A stretch of DNA of 34,883 bases, from assembly GCA_041736175.1 (NCBI GenBank), contig JBGSUI010000028.1, forward strand, positions 1 through 34,883, written 5' to 3'. This document shows, in pieces, positions 24,686 through 34,353 of this stretch. Below the pieces are notes generated by a model. It worked only from the letters and a program-made list of their open reading frames with translations, had not been told where the DNA came from and ran no database searches. A program made the position numbers and the translations under genes. The stretch's first letter is position 1. Each line of letters starts with the position of its first letter. This DNA comes from Oligoflexales bacterium (GTDB lineage Bacteria; Bdellovibrionota_B; Oligoflexia; Oligoflexales; CAIYRB01).

Positions 24686-25420
24686 ATGAACAAAAAACTA
24701 TTTTTATTATTTACAGTATGTGTTTCGCTATTTTATTCATGCAAAACATCGAATCAGGCCTCTGAAACAAAGACGGTCATCTTGGACTCAAATGACAAGC
24801 TATGGGATAAGCTCAATTTAAACGTATGTTGGCTGAATCAAGGCGCAGATACCAAAAAATTCAGAGAACAAATCGAAGCTTTCGTTTCTAGTAACTTTGA
24901 CAAAACAATTTTAAAATTAAGAGGCTGGAAAGCCTGTAAAAACCAACCCAATCAGGATGATGATATCAGAGTCCTGATTTTTGATGGATCTGATTCACCT
25001 TTTTTTGGAAAGCCGGTCGTTCCAGGGGAGGGCCACCCACGGGCTCTTGCCTTTGGAAAGAAAAGCCGCCAGACAAACCCCGCTTTGATTTTAACCATGA
25101 ATTTTACGGCTGTTCAGCCGTTCTTAGTCGACCAAGCAAGTAAGCAGAACGGGACGGGCAAACTCAATCTACTCCTTAGCATCGCGCTTCACGAGTTTGG
25201 TCACGCTGTAGGGCTTTATCACGAAAACACCCATCCTGATTCCGACTGTATCCATGACCCTGAAACCGCTCCACGACGAGCTGTGACAGGGTTTGTCAGA
25301 GACTCGTTTATGAATCGCTGTTACTACCGTAAGGCAACCTACAGCAACGGGCCCGTCACCATGAGCCAAGGGGATATTGAAGGTATCAATAAGACCTATA
25401 GCTTTCTAGCGACTCCATAA
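24686..25420 (+). CDS. Metzincin zinc metalloprotease lipoprotein
   Basis: Lipobox FYSC, HEFGHAVGLYHE (HExxHxxGxxH), Met-turn SFMN. Confidence 0.88.
   Translation: MNKKLFLLFTVCVSLFYSCKTSNQASETKTVILDSNDKLWDKLNLNVCWLNQGADTKKFREQIEAFVSSNFDKTILKLRGWKACKNQPNQDDDIRVLIFDGSDSPFFGKPVVPGEGHPRALAFGKKSRQTNPALILTMNFTAVQPFLVDQASKQNGTGKLNLLLSIALHEFGHAVGLYHENTHPDSDCIHDPETAPRRAVTGFVRDSFMNRCYYRKATYSNGPVTMSQGDIEGINKTYSFLATP
25342..25420 (+). repeat. Direct repeat B, copy 1 (intact 3' end of the metalloprotease gene)
   Basis: 79 bp aligning without gaps to 26809-26887. Confidence 0.95.
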
Positions 25421-25581
25421 ATTTGTATAGCGCTTAAAAAATAGACGCTGAATGGCTTCATAAACATGTGTTTACAGATTAGGCGTATATAAAACCGTTA
25501 GCGGGCTAAGTTAGCTTTGTTTTTATTAAAAATAAAGCTAACTTGCCCGCTGAGGCATCGATAAGAAATCTTCCGATAAAG

Positions 25582-25598
25582 TTGGCACGAGACTTGCT
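25582..25598 (+). promoter_or_regulatory. Sigma54 promoter of the 25663-26769 gene
   Basis: TTGGCACGAGACTTGCT, a near-perfect TGGCACG-N4-TTGC consensus. Confidence 0.8.
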
Positions 25599-25662
25599 TT
25601 TTGAATGGCGCAAGGCAAAACCAGTTTTTTTGGAGAAATATATGTTTTTTAGATCCCATTGC

Positions 25663-26769
25663 ATGAGGTTGTTTAAATCAGCTTTTTTCTTGTCCCTAGC
25701 ATTGACCCTATCGTGCAATAAGAGTCAAAACCAAATTTCAAATCATTCGACTGCCCTAAACACCAACCCAAGTAACAAATTGACTTTTGCCCGTTTCACT
25801 GACAAGCAAAATCAGCAACGCATTGGAGTCATGATTAATCCCAACACAGTCATCATCACTAAAAAGCCAAATTGGAAAGATGAAATTCAAGCAAGTTTCA
25901 TTGCACAATTTGGAGACTCTAAAGTGGAAGCCAAACACTGGAACGCCATTTTTTTGTGGGGACCAGAGTTGAGCTTTGGTGGGCTTGGTTCCAGTGCTAA
26001 TGGTTCTGAATCTCAACCTTTACAAGCCTATAAATTGACTAAACCAATAGATGGTACCTTTAATATTGAAATTTCCCCACAAAAAATCCAAAGCGAGAGA
26101 AAAAAATTCTATTACCAGGATGATGTTAGCGCTTTCCATGTGATGGTGGAGTCATCTAGCGGTGGAAGATTTTTAGTTCGGGAAGTTGATCCCAGAGGTT
26201 CCACGATGAAAGAAGGTGGAGTCATACTAGACTCTGATGGAAAAATTTTGGGTATTCTTACCGATACGACGGTGCAGCAAGTTGCATGCGGGCCGGTTTA
26301 TGGAAGGGGAGTCACCATAAACGCGCACGAGGCCGGTCCAAAATCCTTTGACGAAGCGAGGAGTGGATTCCCAACAAAAGCAGAAATGGCTTTTGTTAAA
26401 AGTTATGAACGTATCGTCGATGCTGTATCTATGAACAGCTGGACCCCAGTCATTCTATCGGGAATTACAATAAAGGCTCAAAATCCTACCTTTAAGAATC
26501 CAAAGATCTCTTTACAGACAAAAGATTGTACGATACACATGCTCACGACTTCTCATATTTTCTTTGAAAATCTAAAAGAATCTGAAGATATCTATTTTTC
26601 TAGAAAAGACTATAAAATAAATGTTCATCAATTAAAAGCGCTTAAAAATGCCACTGAATGCTTGGGGAAAACAGTCTGGTGGCCGTATAAACGTGATGAA
26701 AAAATTCAATTATTTATGGACTCTTTAAATGGTTACATTGAAGAACAGAAGGCCTCCGTCGCACCTTGA
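25663..26769 (+). CDS. Hypothetical lipoprotein, possibly a degenerate trypsin-like fold
   Basis: Start reset downstream of the sigma54 site: MRLFKSAFFLSLALTLSC lipobox. Segments IGVMINPNTVIIT and EGGVILDSDGKILGI. Confidence 0.65.
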   Translation: MRLFKSAFFLSLALTLSCNKSQNQISNHSTALNTNPSNKLTFARFTDKQNQQRIGVMINPNTVIITKKPNWKDEIQASFIAQFGDSKVEAKHWNAIFLWGPELSFGGLGSSANGSESQPLQAYKLTKPIDGTFNIEISPQKIQSERKKFYYQDDVSAFHVMVESSSGGRFLVREVDPRGSTMKEGGVILDSDGKILGILTDTTVQQVACGPVYGRGVTINAHEAGPKSFDEARSGFPTKAEMAFVKSYERIVDAVSMNSWTPVILSGITIKAQNPTFKNPKISLQTKDCTIHMLTTSHIFFENLKESEDIYFSRKDYKINVHQLKALKNATECLGKTVWWPYKRDEKIQLFMDSLNGYIEEQKASVAP

Positions 26770-26808
26770 AAAGCGGGAGGAGGGATGGAAGTGTCTGTTG
26801 AAAAAGAC

Positions 26809-26887
26809 CAGCAGCGGACCCGTCACCATGAGTCCAGGGGATATTGAAGGGATCAATAAGACCTATGGCTTTCTGGCGACTCATTAG
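26809..26887 (+). repeat. Direct repeat B, copy 2 (displaced duplicate of the metalloprotease 3' end)
   Basis: About 10 substitutions versus 25342-25420; ends at the equivalent stop codon (TAG instead of TAA). Confidence 0.95.
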
Positions 26888-26904
26888 AGATATAGTCATC
26901 CTGT

Positions 26905-27879
26905 CTAAAAGAGATCCGCACTCACCGTAAATCGGGACTCGATGCTTTTCTTGGTGATCTCTCCCGTGGAATCCGCCGTGGCAGCATTGAGGGCATAACC
27001 ATAAAAGCCTCCCATATAGCTGCGAAGCTCGGCTCTGAGTTTGACCATATCAGTGATTTGGTAAGTCGTAGACGCCCGTGTGACTGTTAACATCCGTGCC
27101 CGATAAGCATCAAACTCTGCATCTGGACTCCCGCTGGCATCGAAGCCACTCGCTTGGTATTGGGGCACCCATGTCTGAGCCACATCGACGGTGAGTCCTA
27201 AGGTCAGTTTTTCTTGAATCGAGGGCACAAACTTCAAGGCGATTTGGTTGTCCACAAGGTAATTAAAATCCCGTTGTCGCACTTTAGCGTCTTCGGGATC
27301 ACTAAGACCAAACCCCTCGACCCCGGTGTTGTTTTTGGGCGCTGTTTTGTTGTCTTCTAGGGCTTGGGGGCTCATGACCTGTCCCCGTGGTCTGGTAAAG
27401 GCGCTAAGACTCAAGCCTCCCATGGATAGAGGAACTTTGTAGTCACCAGAAAGATTCACTCCCAGATCTGTAGTCATCCAGGTCCCGGAGGTCTTTGAAA
27501 AATCAGTAAAAGAATAGGGGCCGAAGGCAACATATTCACTTTTAAAGAGATTCACAATGGTCTCATTATAGGCTTCAAAAGTTTGAATCCCACTGGATTG
27601 ATTGGAGGTACCGTAGCTCGCCGAAAAACTCGTATCGATTTTCTTTTGCCAAAAAATGGCTCCAAAGGTAGGTGCTACCGCAAGGGTTGCTGTCGTCGCG
27701 GTCCTTTGATCCTTTTCCATCTCTTGGATTTCGGCCTGTCTAAACTCAAGGCTGCCATAAAAGTCCACCTTCGTTGGACTTGAGTCTTGAGATTTTTGTG
27801 CCTTAACGGCGGATTGGCTATAAAGTGGGCTTGAAAAAAGACCAGCAGCAGCCAGCAAAAGCAACTTCGATTCGTTCAT
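26905..27879 (-). CDS. Secreted protein, probable outer-membrane beta-barrel
   Basis: Signal peptide, alternating amphipathic strands, C-terminal Phe (FTVSADLF). Confidence 0.6.
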   Translation of the reverse strand: MNESKLLLLAAAGLFSSPLYSQSAVKAQKSQDSSPTKVDFYGSLEFRQAEIQEMEKDQRTATTATLAVAPTFGAIFWQKKIDTSFSASYGTSNQSSGIQTFEAYNETIVNLFKSEYVAFGPYSFTDFSKTSGTWMTTDLGVNLSGDYKVPLSMGGLSLSAFTRPRGQVMSPQALEDNKTAPKNNTGVEGFGLSDPEDAKVRQRDFNYLVDNQIALKFVPSIQEKLTLGLTVDVAQTWVPQYQASGFDASGSPDAEFDAYRARMLTVTRASTTYQITDMVKLRAELRSYMGGFYGYALNAATADSTGEITKKSIESRFTVSADLF

Positions 27880-28162
27880 TGGGGAGTTCCATAGTAGGAG
27901 GGTGTTAAGGAAAAACGAGAGCTTATCTACCAGGACGGCTATAAGCTAAACAAATATTATATATAAACCATATCCTTGTCAAATTAAATCATCAAATATC
28001 ATTCAATAAATGCCACTTATTTTGCAAAATATCAGGACGTTTTGGGACTTAAGACCCTAAGTTATGTCTTAAAGGTTTCTTTTTTTCGAGCCGATCAACC
28101 CCTCGAAGGTGCCTAGCAAGCAAACATCGACCTTCGATGCATAAACCCTTAGGGAGGAATCC

Positions 28163-28684
28163 ATGAAGTCTTTTGTACAAAAACAAGTTAATCCCCCGTC
28201 CGAAGCTGGACAGATGTCACTCACAGCCCGCAATGGATCCCTCGTCGGAATCTTGTTGCTGGCATCAACAGTCGCCTTTGGAGAACCCAAAACGGTAACC
28301 GGGACCACTGCAAAACCGGTAACATCGACCACAACCGATGCTGCGGCAGCTGCGAAAGGCGGTCAGGCCGGACCGACGAAAGAAGAGCAAACAACCCATC
28401 ACGAAAAATTAGCCGAAATGCATACGAAAATGGCTGAATGCCTTAAATCTTCGAAAACTCTCCCCGAGTGCCAGCAGGAATACACCCAAACCTGCACCAC
28501 CTTTCCTAAAGGTAGCTGCTCTGTTTTTGCTGATTCTAAAGCCAAAGGAGTGGCGGGTAAAACAGGACCTGGAACGGGCACGGCGACTGGTTCTACAGGG
28601 ACGACAGGGGCAAAAGGGGCGGCTAAGGGCGCTCCTAAAGGTAAGCCTGCTAAGACGGGGACTAAGACCACAACCAAAAAGTAG
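28163..28684 (+). CDS. Secreted low-complexity (Thr/Gly/Lys-rich) protein with a small Cys-containing helical core
   Basis: RBS GGGAGG, hydrophobic signal, core HEKLAEMHTKMAECLKS...EC...C...C, Lys-rich tail. Confidence 0.65.
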   Translation: MKSFVQKQVNPPSEAGQMSLTARNGSLVGILLLASTVAFGEPKTVTGTTAKPVTSTTTDAAAAAKGGQAGPTKEEQTTHHEKLAEMHTKMAECLKSSKTLPECQQEYTQTCTTFPKGSCSVFADSKAKGVAGKTGPGTGTATGSTGTTGAKGAAKGAPKGKPAKTGTKTTTKK

Positions 28685-28711
28685 CAGGGGGGTCACGATT
28701 GAGATTTTGGC

Positions 28712-29503
28712 CTAGGAATGGGGTAAGGAAATAGAACTCCAGTTGAGTTGGTTACGGTGGCGATCTCTACGATAGCTGTTCCACTGGGTATCACCCATGG
28801 TGCAAGCCTTGATCACTTCGATATGATGGGGGTCGACTCCCAAGGCACAAAGGTGCAGCGCCGCAGCGACACATAGATCAAAATGCCAGCGGTCGCCGCG
28901 TCCTTTCGCCAAAGACAAGGCCGCAGCGACAGGGCCCAAACCAAACTGGGCGGACAAGACCGCTTGGACTACATCGTCTCCCACCTCGTAATTTTCGCGG
29001 CTAATCGCCGGACCGATAGCTACCAGAATTTTTTTAGGAGAAACACCTCGCCTAAAAAAACAGTTCAGAGCTCCTTTCAAGATACCTGATGTAAGCCCAC
29101 GCCATCCAGCGTGGACGGCCCCTACGAGAGTATGATTTGTATCAGCAATCAAGACAGGCAAACAATCTGCTGTTTTTACCACGACCACTTGGCCAGGGGT
29201 AGACGTCACTTGACCGTCTGCAAAGGGACGGTCATCGATTTCAGCCTCTGCAGCACCTCTAGAGCTCTTCGGCCTCTCGATACGAACAGGCTGTTGGTTG
29301 GTACCTTCCGTCTTATATTGGAAATCTGATAACACCTCTAGGATGACCACTCCATGTTGTTGCTTACTAGGCAGGTGATTTTCGGGCGGGTGATCTCCAA
29401 GGCCACCGAAGTGATGAAGAAGACCATGTTGGGTTAAAAGTTCTGACCTTTTAGCGGGTGACGCCCAATGCACACGTGATAATACACTGATTTCATTCAT
29501 CAA
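28712..29503 (-). CDS. pgeF: YfiH/PgeF family protein (peptidoglycan editing factor / purine nucleoside enzyme)
   Basis: QQHG, ADG, TADCLPV, AVHAGWRG, IGPAI..YEVG, SYRR. Confidence 0.88.
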   Translation of the reverse strand: MMNEISVLSRVHWASPAKRSELLTQHGLLHHFGGLGDHPPENHLPSKQQHGVVILEVLSDFQYKTEGTNQQPVRIERPKSSRGAAEAEIDDRPFADGQVTSTPGQVVVVKTADCLPVLIADTNHTLVGAVHAGWRGLTSGILKGALNCFFRRGVSPKKILVAIGPAISRENYEVGDDVVQAVLSAQFGLGPVAAALSLAKGRGDRWHFDLCVAAALHLCALGVDPHHIEVIKACTMGDTQWNSYRRDRHRNQLNWSSISLPHS

Positions 29504-29777
29504 TATTTAGCTCCTAAAGTCGGGTCCGCAAAACCCTTGGGGATAAGCTTTTTTTAGAATTGGGGACAAACTCCTTGGAATCTATAATCACAATCTGGCA
29601 ATGGGGTATCTGGCACCCCCGTAAAAATGACCCCCTAATCTCTCAAAACATATCACAAATTCAGCTCTACTTAGTTTCTGACTCAAAGCACCGATGATAG
29701 TAGTATCTTGAGGGTGTGTGACTATCTTTCCATTAGTCACCACCCTACTTTAAAAGCCTAAACAGAACTGGAGATTT

Positions 29778-31223
29778 ATGCCAGAGGGTGAAATCAAACT
29801 TGGAGATATCCTTGAAAACGTCCTCGTGGTCGACGATGATAGCTTATGTCTTAAGCTCACAGTAAGCCAGCTCAAATCTTTAGGTGCTACTAAAATTGAT
29901 ACCGCTGATGATGGTGAGTCTGGATTTAACCAAGCTAAATCCACAACCTATTCATTGATCGTCCAAGACTGGAAATTACCAGGTCTCTCGGGAATAGCTC
30001 TCTACAATAGGGTCCGGAGGCTCCCGGCCTACCAGTGGACGCCTATCCTTGTGGTCTCTGGCTTTTTAAACAAAAATGACTTTAAGCTGTTACAGGAGTT
30101 CCCCTGCACTGCATTAGCCGAAAAACCTTTTACCCAAAAAATTATCAAAGATAGAATTACCAAACTAAACGATGAATCAACGTGGTACCAACATCATCGA
30201 GTCTTGGTCGACGAAGTGTTTGCAACAGTCAATCATGATCCGACCAAGATAAGCCAAGTGATTTATGGTGTCATCAAAAAGTCACCGAATCCAACACCTC
30301 TGGTCCTTATCGCCGTAAAAGCCCTTACAAATCTCGGGGCCTTTAAAACTGCCCAGGCCGTGTTAGAGAGCCTCATCAAAATAGACCCAGACTCCATCAT
30401 GGCTCGCAACGAGCTAGGCAAAGTGCTTATGCACCGAGGCAAACATCAAGAGGCACTAAGAGTCCTCGAAAAATGTGAAAATTTTTCGTCGCAAAATATC
30501 AGCCGTCTCTGTTTGATGGGAGAAGCTAACCTCAATCTCACAGATTTTGATAAGGCTAGAGACTATTTCTCCAAGGCACTCAGTCTTGACTCTGACGATC
30601 CAAAAGCCGCCGACGGCTACCGGGTGTCGCAGAATCTCATTGAACACATTCCCCAACCCACCCAAATGGGTCAGTCTTTTGCAAGCCTACTAAATACTGT
30701 TGGGATTGCGATGATTCATAGTGGGAATTTTCAAAAGGGAGTTGAACAATACCAAAGCGCCCTTACGTTTTTAAAAAAGCCACTTGAAAGTTCAAAAATA
30801 ACTTTTAATTTAGGATTAGGCTACTTAAAATGGGGGAAAGCGGAAACAGCACTGGATTGGTTTCGTAAATCAAAAGATTTTAGCCACGGAGAATTTACCA
30901 AATCAGAAAACTATGTCCGCCTGTTAGAAAACCCGAGACCTTCTAAAACCAACCGCAACGACCAAACCAATCTCGAAGATTCCTTGGAATATCCCAGCGC
31001 AAGTCCCACGGAATCCCTTGATTCTAACCAAGATCTAGAATCAAAGATCGAACTCGATATCGATAAGGATGGGCCGACGGTAGAAGCCTCTAAAGAGGAG
31101 TCGCTCACGCCAGGGTCGACGCCGACCCCCGGAACAGATAGGACTGACATGGCCGATATGTCTAACACAGCTGATCTGGGCACGATCGAAGCCCTTTCCG
31201 ATAAAATCACCAAAAACCTTTAG
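29778..31223 (+). CDS. Response regulator receiver plus TPR-repeat protein
   Basis: VLVVDDD, QDWKLPGLSG, KPF, followed by TPR motifs and an acidic disordered tail. Confidence 0.85.
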   Translation: MPEGEIKLGDILENVLVVDDDSLCLKLTVSQLKSLGATKIDTADDGESGFNQAKSTTYSLIVQDWKLPGLSGIALYNRVRRLPAYQWTPILVVSGFLNKNDFKLLQEFPCTALAEKPFTQKIIKDRITKLNDESTWYQHHRVLVDEVFATVNHDPTKISQVIYGVIKKSPNPTPLVLIAVKALTNLGAFKTAQAVLESLIKIDPDSIMARNELGKVLMHRGKHQEALRVLEKCENFSSQNISRLCLMGEANLNLTDFDKARDYFSKALSLDSDDPKAADGYRVSQNLIEHIPQPTQMGQSFASLLNTVGIAMIHSGNFQKGVEQYQSALTFLKKPLESSKITFNLGLGYLKWGKAETALDWFRKSKDFSHGEFTKSENYVRLLENPRPSKTNRNDQTNLEDSLEYPSASPTESLDSNQDLESKIELDIDKDGPTVEASKEESLTPGSTPTPGTDRTDMADMSNTADLGTIEALSDKITKNL

Positions 31224-32800
31224 CTAGACGGCACCCGATGATAGAGTTCAGCCACCTTAGCCAGCCATTGGGACCGAGCAGGATTAAGGTCTGTGGAACG
31301 CGCCCTGTAGCGCCAGTTTCCTTCGGCAACTCCTGGAGTGTTCATCCGAAAAGTCTTAGAATTGCCGACGATATCCTGGAGGGGTAGAATCACCATATGG
31401 GCCGGGCAAGCCATCAACTGGCGGATCACCGTTTCGTTGACGCTGCGGTTAATCTGCCCAACGTAGTGAATCAAGTTCTGCATCTCGATTTTGTCGGACC
31501 GCGCACCCATCTTGCGAGTTCCACGCTCTTTGAGATCAGTGATCCAGCCACTCAAGGTCTCGTTATCGTGGGTCCCTGTAAAAATCACGGATTTGGGGTT
31601 TGCCAGATGGGGCAAATGATTAGAGGCTTCTGCAGAACCATCAAAGGCAAATTGAAATACCTTCATCCCATAAAAGCCAAACTGGTCCCGTAAATCTCTC
31701 ACTTCTTTAACGACCGACCCGAGATCCTCAGCAATAAGGGTGCGCTTTCCTAACTGCTTTTCAACTTCGTTAAAAAGATCAGCTCCCGGACCAGGACGCC
31801 AGGTCCCGTGGCGAGCAGTCTGCTCCTGGGCCTCCACCTCCCAGTAGCGATGAAACCCGATAAAATGGTCCAACCGCACCGTATCAAAAAGGGAATAGAT
31901 ACGTTTAAACCTCTGGATCCACCACTTGTAGCGATCCTCCTTAAGGCGGGGCCAATCATAAAGGGCGTTGCCCCAAAGCTGGCCATCTTTATTGAAAGCA
32001 TCTGGGGGACACCCGGCTACAAACTTGGGAGCTTTATCTGCATTCAACAGAAAAGCTTCGGGATGGGCCCAAACATCGGCGCTCTTATGGGAGATAAAAA
32101 TAGGCAAATCACCAATCAAGCCGATTTTGAGCTCGCGGGCTTTTTCGCGGAGGATGTCCCACTGTTTCTGAAAGAGAAACTGGCAGAATTCCGTAAAGGC
32201 AAGATCCTCTTGGAGGAGCGACCGGATTTTTTTTATCTCCTCAGGATCGCGACTCCTTAAACCCTTTGGCCAGGTATTCCATTGGCTATGACCTAGCATT
32301 TTCGACAACGCTGTAAACAAACAATAATCATCTAACCAATAGGCCTCCTTCTCCACAAAAGCCTGGTATTCAGGGAGGTCTTTATAGGTAGGTTTGGCCC
32401 GTTGGAACGCCATTTCCAAGACTTTTTGGCGCATACTATGGCTTTTTTCGAAGGTAGCCGTAGGACCCTCACCATAATACTCGGTGGCATTGACTTTAAG
32501 CTCCCGTGGTTTGATCCAGTCGAGCTTGGCCAACATCCCCAGATCGATCAGCATGGGGTCGCCAGCAAAGCTCGACGATGCGGAATAGGGGGAATACCCC
32601 TCGCCCGCCGGATGAATCGGCAGGACCTGCCACCAACTGGCCTTGGCCGCAGCAAGCCATTTTAGGAAGTTAATCGAACACGGACCTAGATCTCCCGAAT
32701 AGGCCGACCCTGGAACCGAAGTGATATGTAGGAGCACCCCATAAGACTTTTGTCCCATACATTTTTCGGCCCACTCAGTGTGATCTGGAATCATGCTCAA
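31220..32800 (-). CDS. malQ: 4-alpha-glucanotransferase (GH77)
   Basis: GVLLHITS, WQVLP, SPYS, GDLPIF, GCPPDAF..GQLWGNALY, RLDHFIG, AEDLG, TGTHDN, RMNTPG..GNW. Confidence 0.95.
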   Translation of the reverse strand: MSMIPDHTEWAEKCMGQKSYGVLLHITSVPGSAYSGDLGPCSINFLKWLAAAKASWWQVLPIHPAGEGYSPYSASSSFAGDPMLIDLGMLAKLDWIKPRELKVNATEYYGEGPTATFEKSHSMRQKVLEMAFQRAKPTYKDLPEYQAFVEKEAYWLDDYCLFTALSKMLGHSQWNTWPKGLRSRDPEEIKKIRSLLQEDLAFTEFCQFLFQKQWDILREKARELKIGLIGDLPIFISHKSADVWAHPEAFLLNADKAPKFVAGCPPDAFNKDGQLWGNALYDWPRLKEDRYKWWIQRFKRIYSLFDTVRLDHFIGFHRYWEVEAQEQTARHGTWRPGPGADLFNEVEKQLGKRTLIAEDLGSVVKEVRDLRDQFGFYGMKVFQFAFDGSAEASNHLPHLANPKSVIFTGTHDNETLSGWITDLKERGTRKMGARSDKIEMQNLIHYVGQINRSVNETVIRQLMACPAHMVILPLQDIVGNSKTFRMNTPGVAEGNWRYRARSTDLNPARSQWLAKVAELYHRVPSS

Positions 32801-32829
32801 ACCCTTCTCTAGTCTACCTAATGATTTGT

Positions 32830-34353
32830 TTATGACTTAAGCTGAACAAAATAAAACTGGCCCGCCCGCTCAATCCAGATCAGAGATTTTGGCTTACCCT
32901 TGATAAGCCGGTAAAACTCGGCAGCATTTGCTACCTTTTTGTTGTCCACTTTGAGGATCAAATCGCCAGCCCGCAGTCCCGCCCGGTCCGCAGGGCCATC
33001 GGGTTCGATGTTTACGATCAAAGCACCTGCGCGGGACTCTAGGCCATACTCGTTACTCTGGGCTTCCGTCAAGTTGCTGACCGTCATCCCAAAGACTGCA
33101 TTTTTATCACTCTGGCCTTTTGGACCCTGCTGATCGGGCTTGCCCTGGGCCCCGTCTTCCGGATGCTGACCAACAGTCACCGTCTGTGCCCGCCTTTTTC
33201 CGTCCCGGTAGATGGTGAGGGCCACCGAGGTCCCTGGTTTCATAAGGCCTATGGTATTGACGATTTCACTATGAACCTTCATCACGGTGCCGTTGACCTC
33301 GGTGATCACATCACCGGGCTCGATCCCCGCTAGGGAAGCTGGGCTGCCTTTTTGGACCCAAGCGACCAAGGCACCACCTTGGACCCCTGCGGGTAGTCCT
33401 AGGCTTGTTTGGAGTTCTTTGTCAATAGGTTGGAGACCGACTCCTAAAAATCCACGGGAGATCTTGCCTTTGTTGATCAACTGGTCGGCAATGGATCGCA
33501 CCAGATTAGAGGGGACTGCAAATCCGATCCCGTTATAGGCTCCCGAACGGGAGAAAATGGCCGTATTGACACCGACGACTTGGCCCGCCATATCGAGGAG
33601 GGGGCCCCCGGAGTTACCCGGGTTGATGGCTGCATCGGTCTGGATAAAGTTTCCGAGTTTGGTGATATCCAGGTTTCCCCGTCCAAGGGCAGAGACCACT
33701 CCAAAGGATAGACTCGCCTCGAGTCCAAACGGAGCACCTAGAGCTAACACAAAATCACCGACCTCTAAAGCATTCGAGTCTCCCATAGCCAAGGCGGCAA
33801 GGCCCTTGCGGTCGAATTTCGGGTCTTTGACCTGTACGACAGCCACATCCGTGTTTTGGTCACGGCCCACGATCTTGCCTTCGTAGCTCTGGCCATTGGC
33901 AAGCTTAAGCTGGATCTCGTCCGCGTCTTGAACCACATGATTATTGGTTAGGATATAGCCCTTATTGAGGTCTACAAAAAATCCCGAACCCACTCCGCCT
34001 TCCCGCCGGCCCTGGGGCTGCTGAGGGGGCCTGCCGCCGCGATTTTGTGGCTCATCAAAAGGCTGTCGGGGACCCCGTGGACCAAAAAAAAACTCAAAAG
34101 GATCGATCATGCCCGGTGGCATTCCCTTGGCGTCCTTATAGATCGACACAAAAACGATCGCCTGATTGGCCTGTTTGGCAATGTGAGCAACACTTTTAGA
34201 AATCTTTTGGAGAATCTGTGCATTTTCCGTTGTCGTGGCTTGGGGCGCCCCTGGTAAAGTATACCCCTGCCCAAAACTCGTCCCCCAAGGCGTCCCGACC
34301 TGGGCCCCTAGCAACCAAATAAAACCCAATAAAATCCTAAAACTGCGTATCAT
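32830..34353 (-). CDS. HtrA/Do (DegP/DegQ-like) serine endopeptidase with two PDZ domains
   Basis: GSGF, TNNHVV, DVAV, IQTDAAINPGNSGGPL, two PDZ domains, signal peptide. Confidence 0.95.
   Translation of the reverse strand: MIRSFRILLGFIWLLGAQVGTPWGTSFGQGYTLPGAPQATTTENAQILQKISKSVAHIAKQANQAIVFVSIYKDAKGMPPGMIDPFEFFFGPRGPRQPFDEPQNRGGRPPQQPQGRREGGVGSGFFVDLNKGYILTNNHVVQDADEIQLKLANGQSYEGKIVGRDQNTDVAVVQVKDPKFDRKGLAALAMGDSNALEVGDFVLALGAPFGLEASLSFGVVSALGRGNLDITKLGNFIQTDAAINPGNSGGPLLDMAGQVVGVNTAIFSRSGAYNGIGFAVPSNLVRSIADQLINKGKISRGFLGVGLQPIDKELQTSLGLPAGVQGGALVAWVQKGSPASLAGIEPGDVITEVNGTVMKVHSEIVNTIGLMKPGTSVALTIYRDGKRRAQTVTVGQHPEDGAQGKPDQQGPKGQSDKNAVFGMTVSNLTEAQSNEYGLESRAGALIVNIEPDGPADRAGLRAGDLILKVDNKKVANAAEFYRLIKGKPKSLIWIERAGQFYFVQLKS

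Noticed and set aside
25543..25662. N-terminal extension of the 408-aa ORF (likewise 14489-14569 and 6038-6097)
   Set aside because: These extensions overlap predicted promoters or precede better RBS and signal-peptide starts.
1725..34257. Numerous antisense or alternate-frame ORFs of 60-150 aa in the track
   Set aside because: They are shadows of well-supported genes, with no recognisable motifs.
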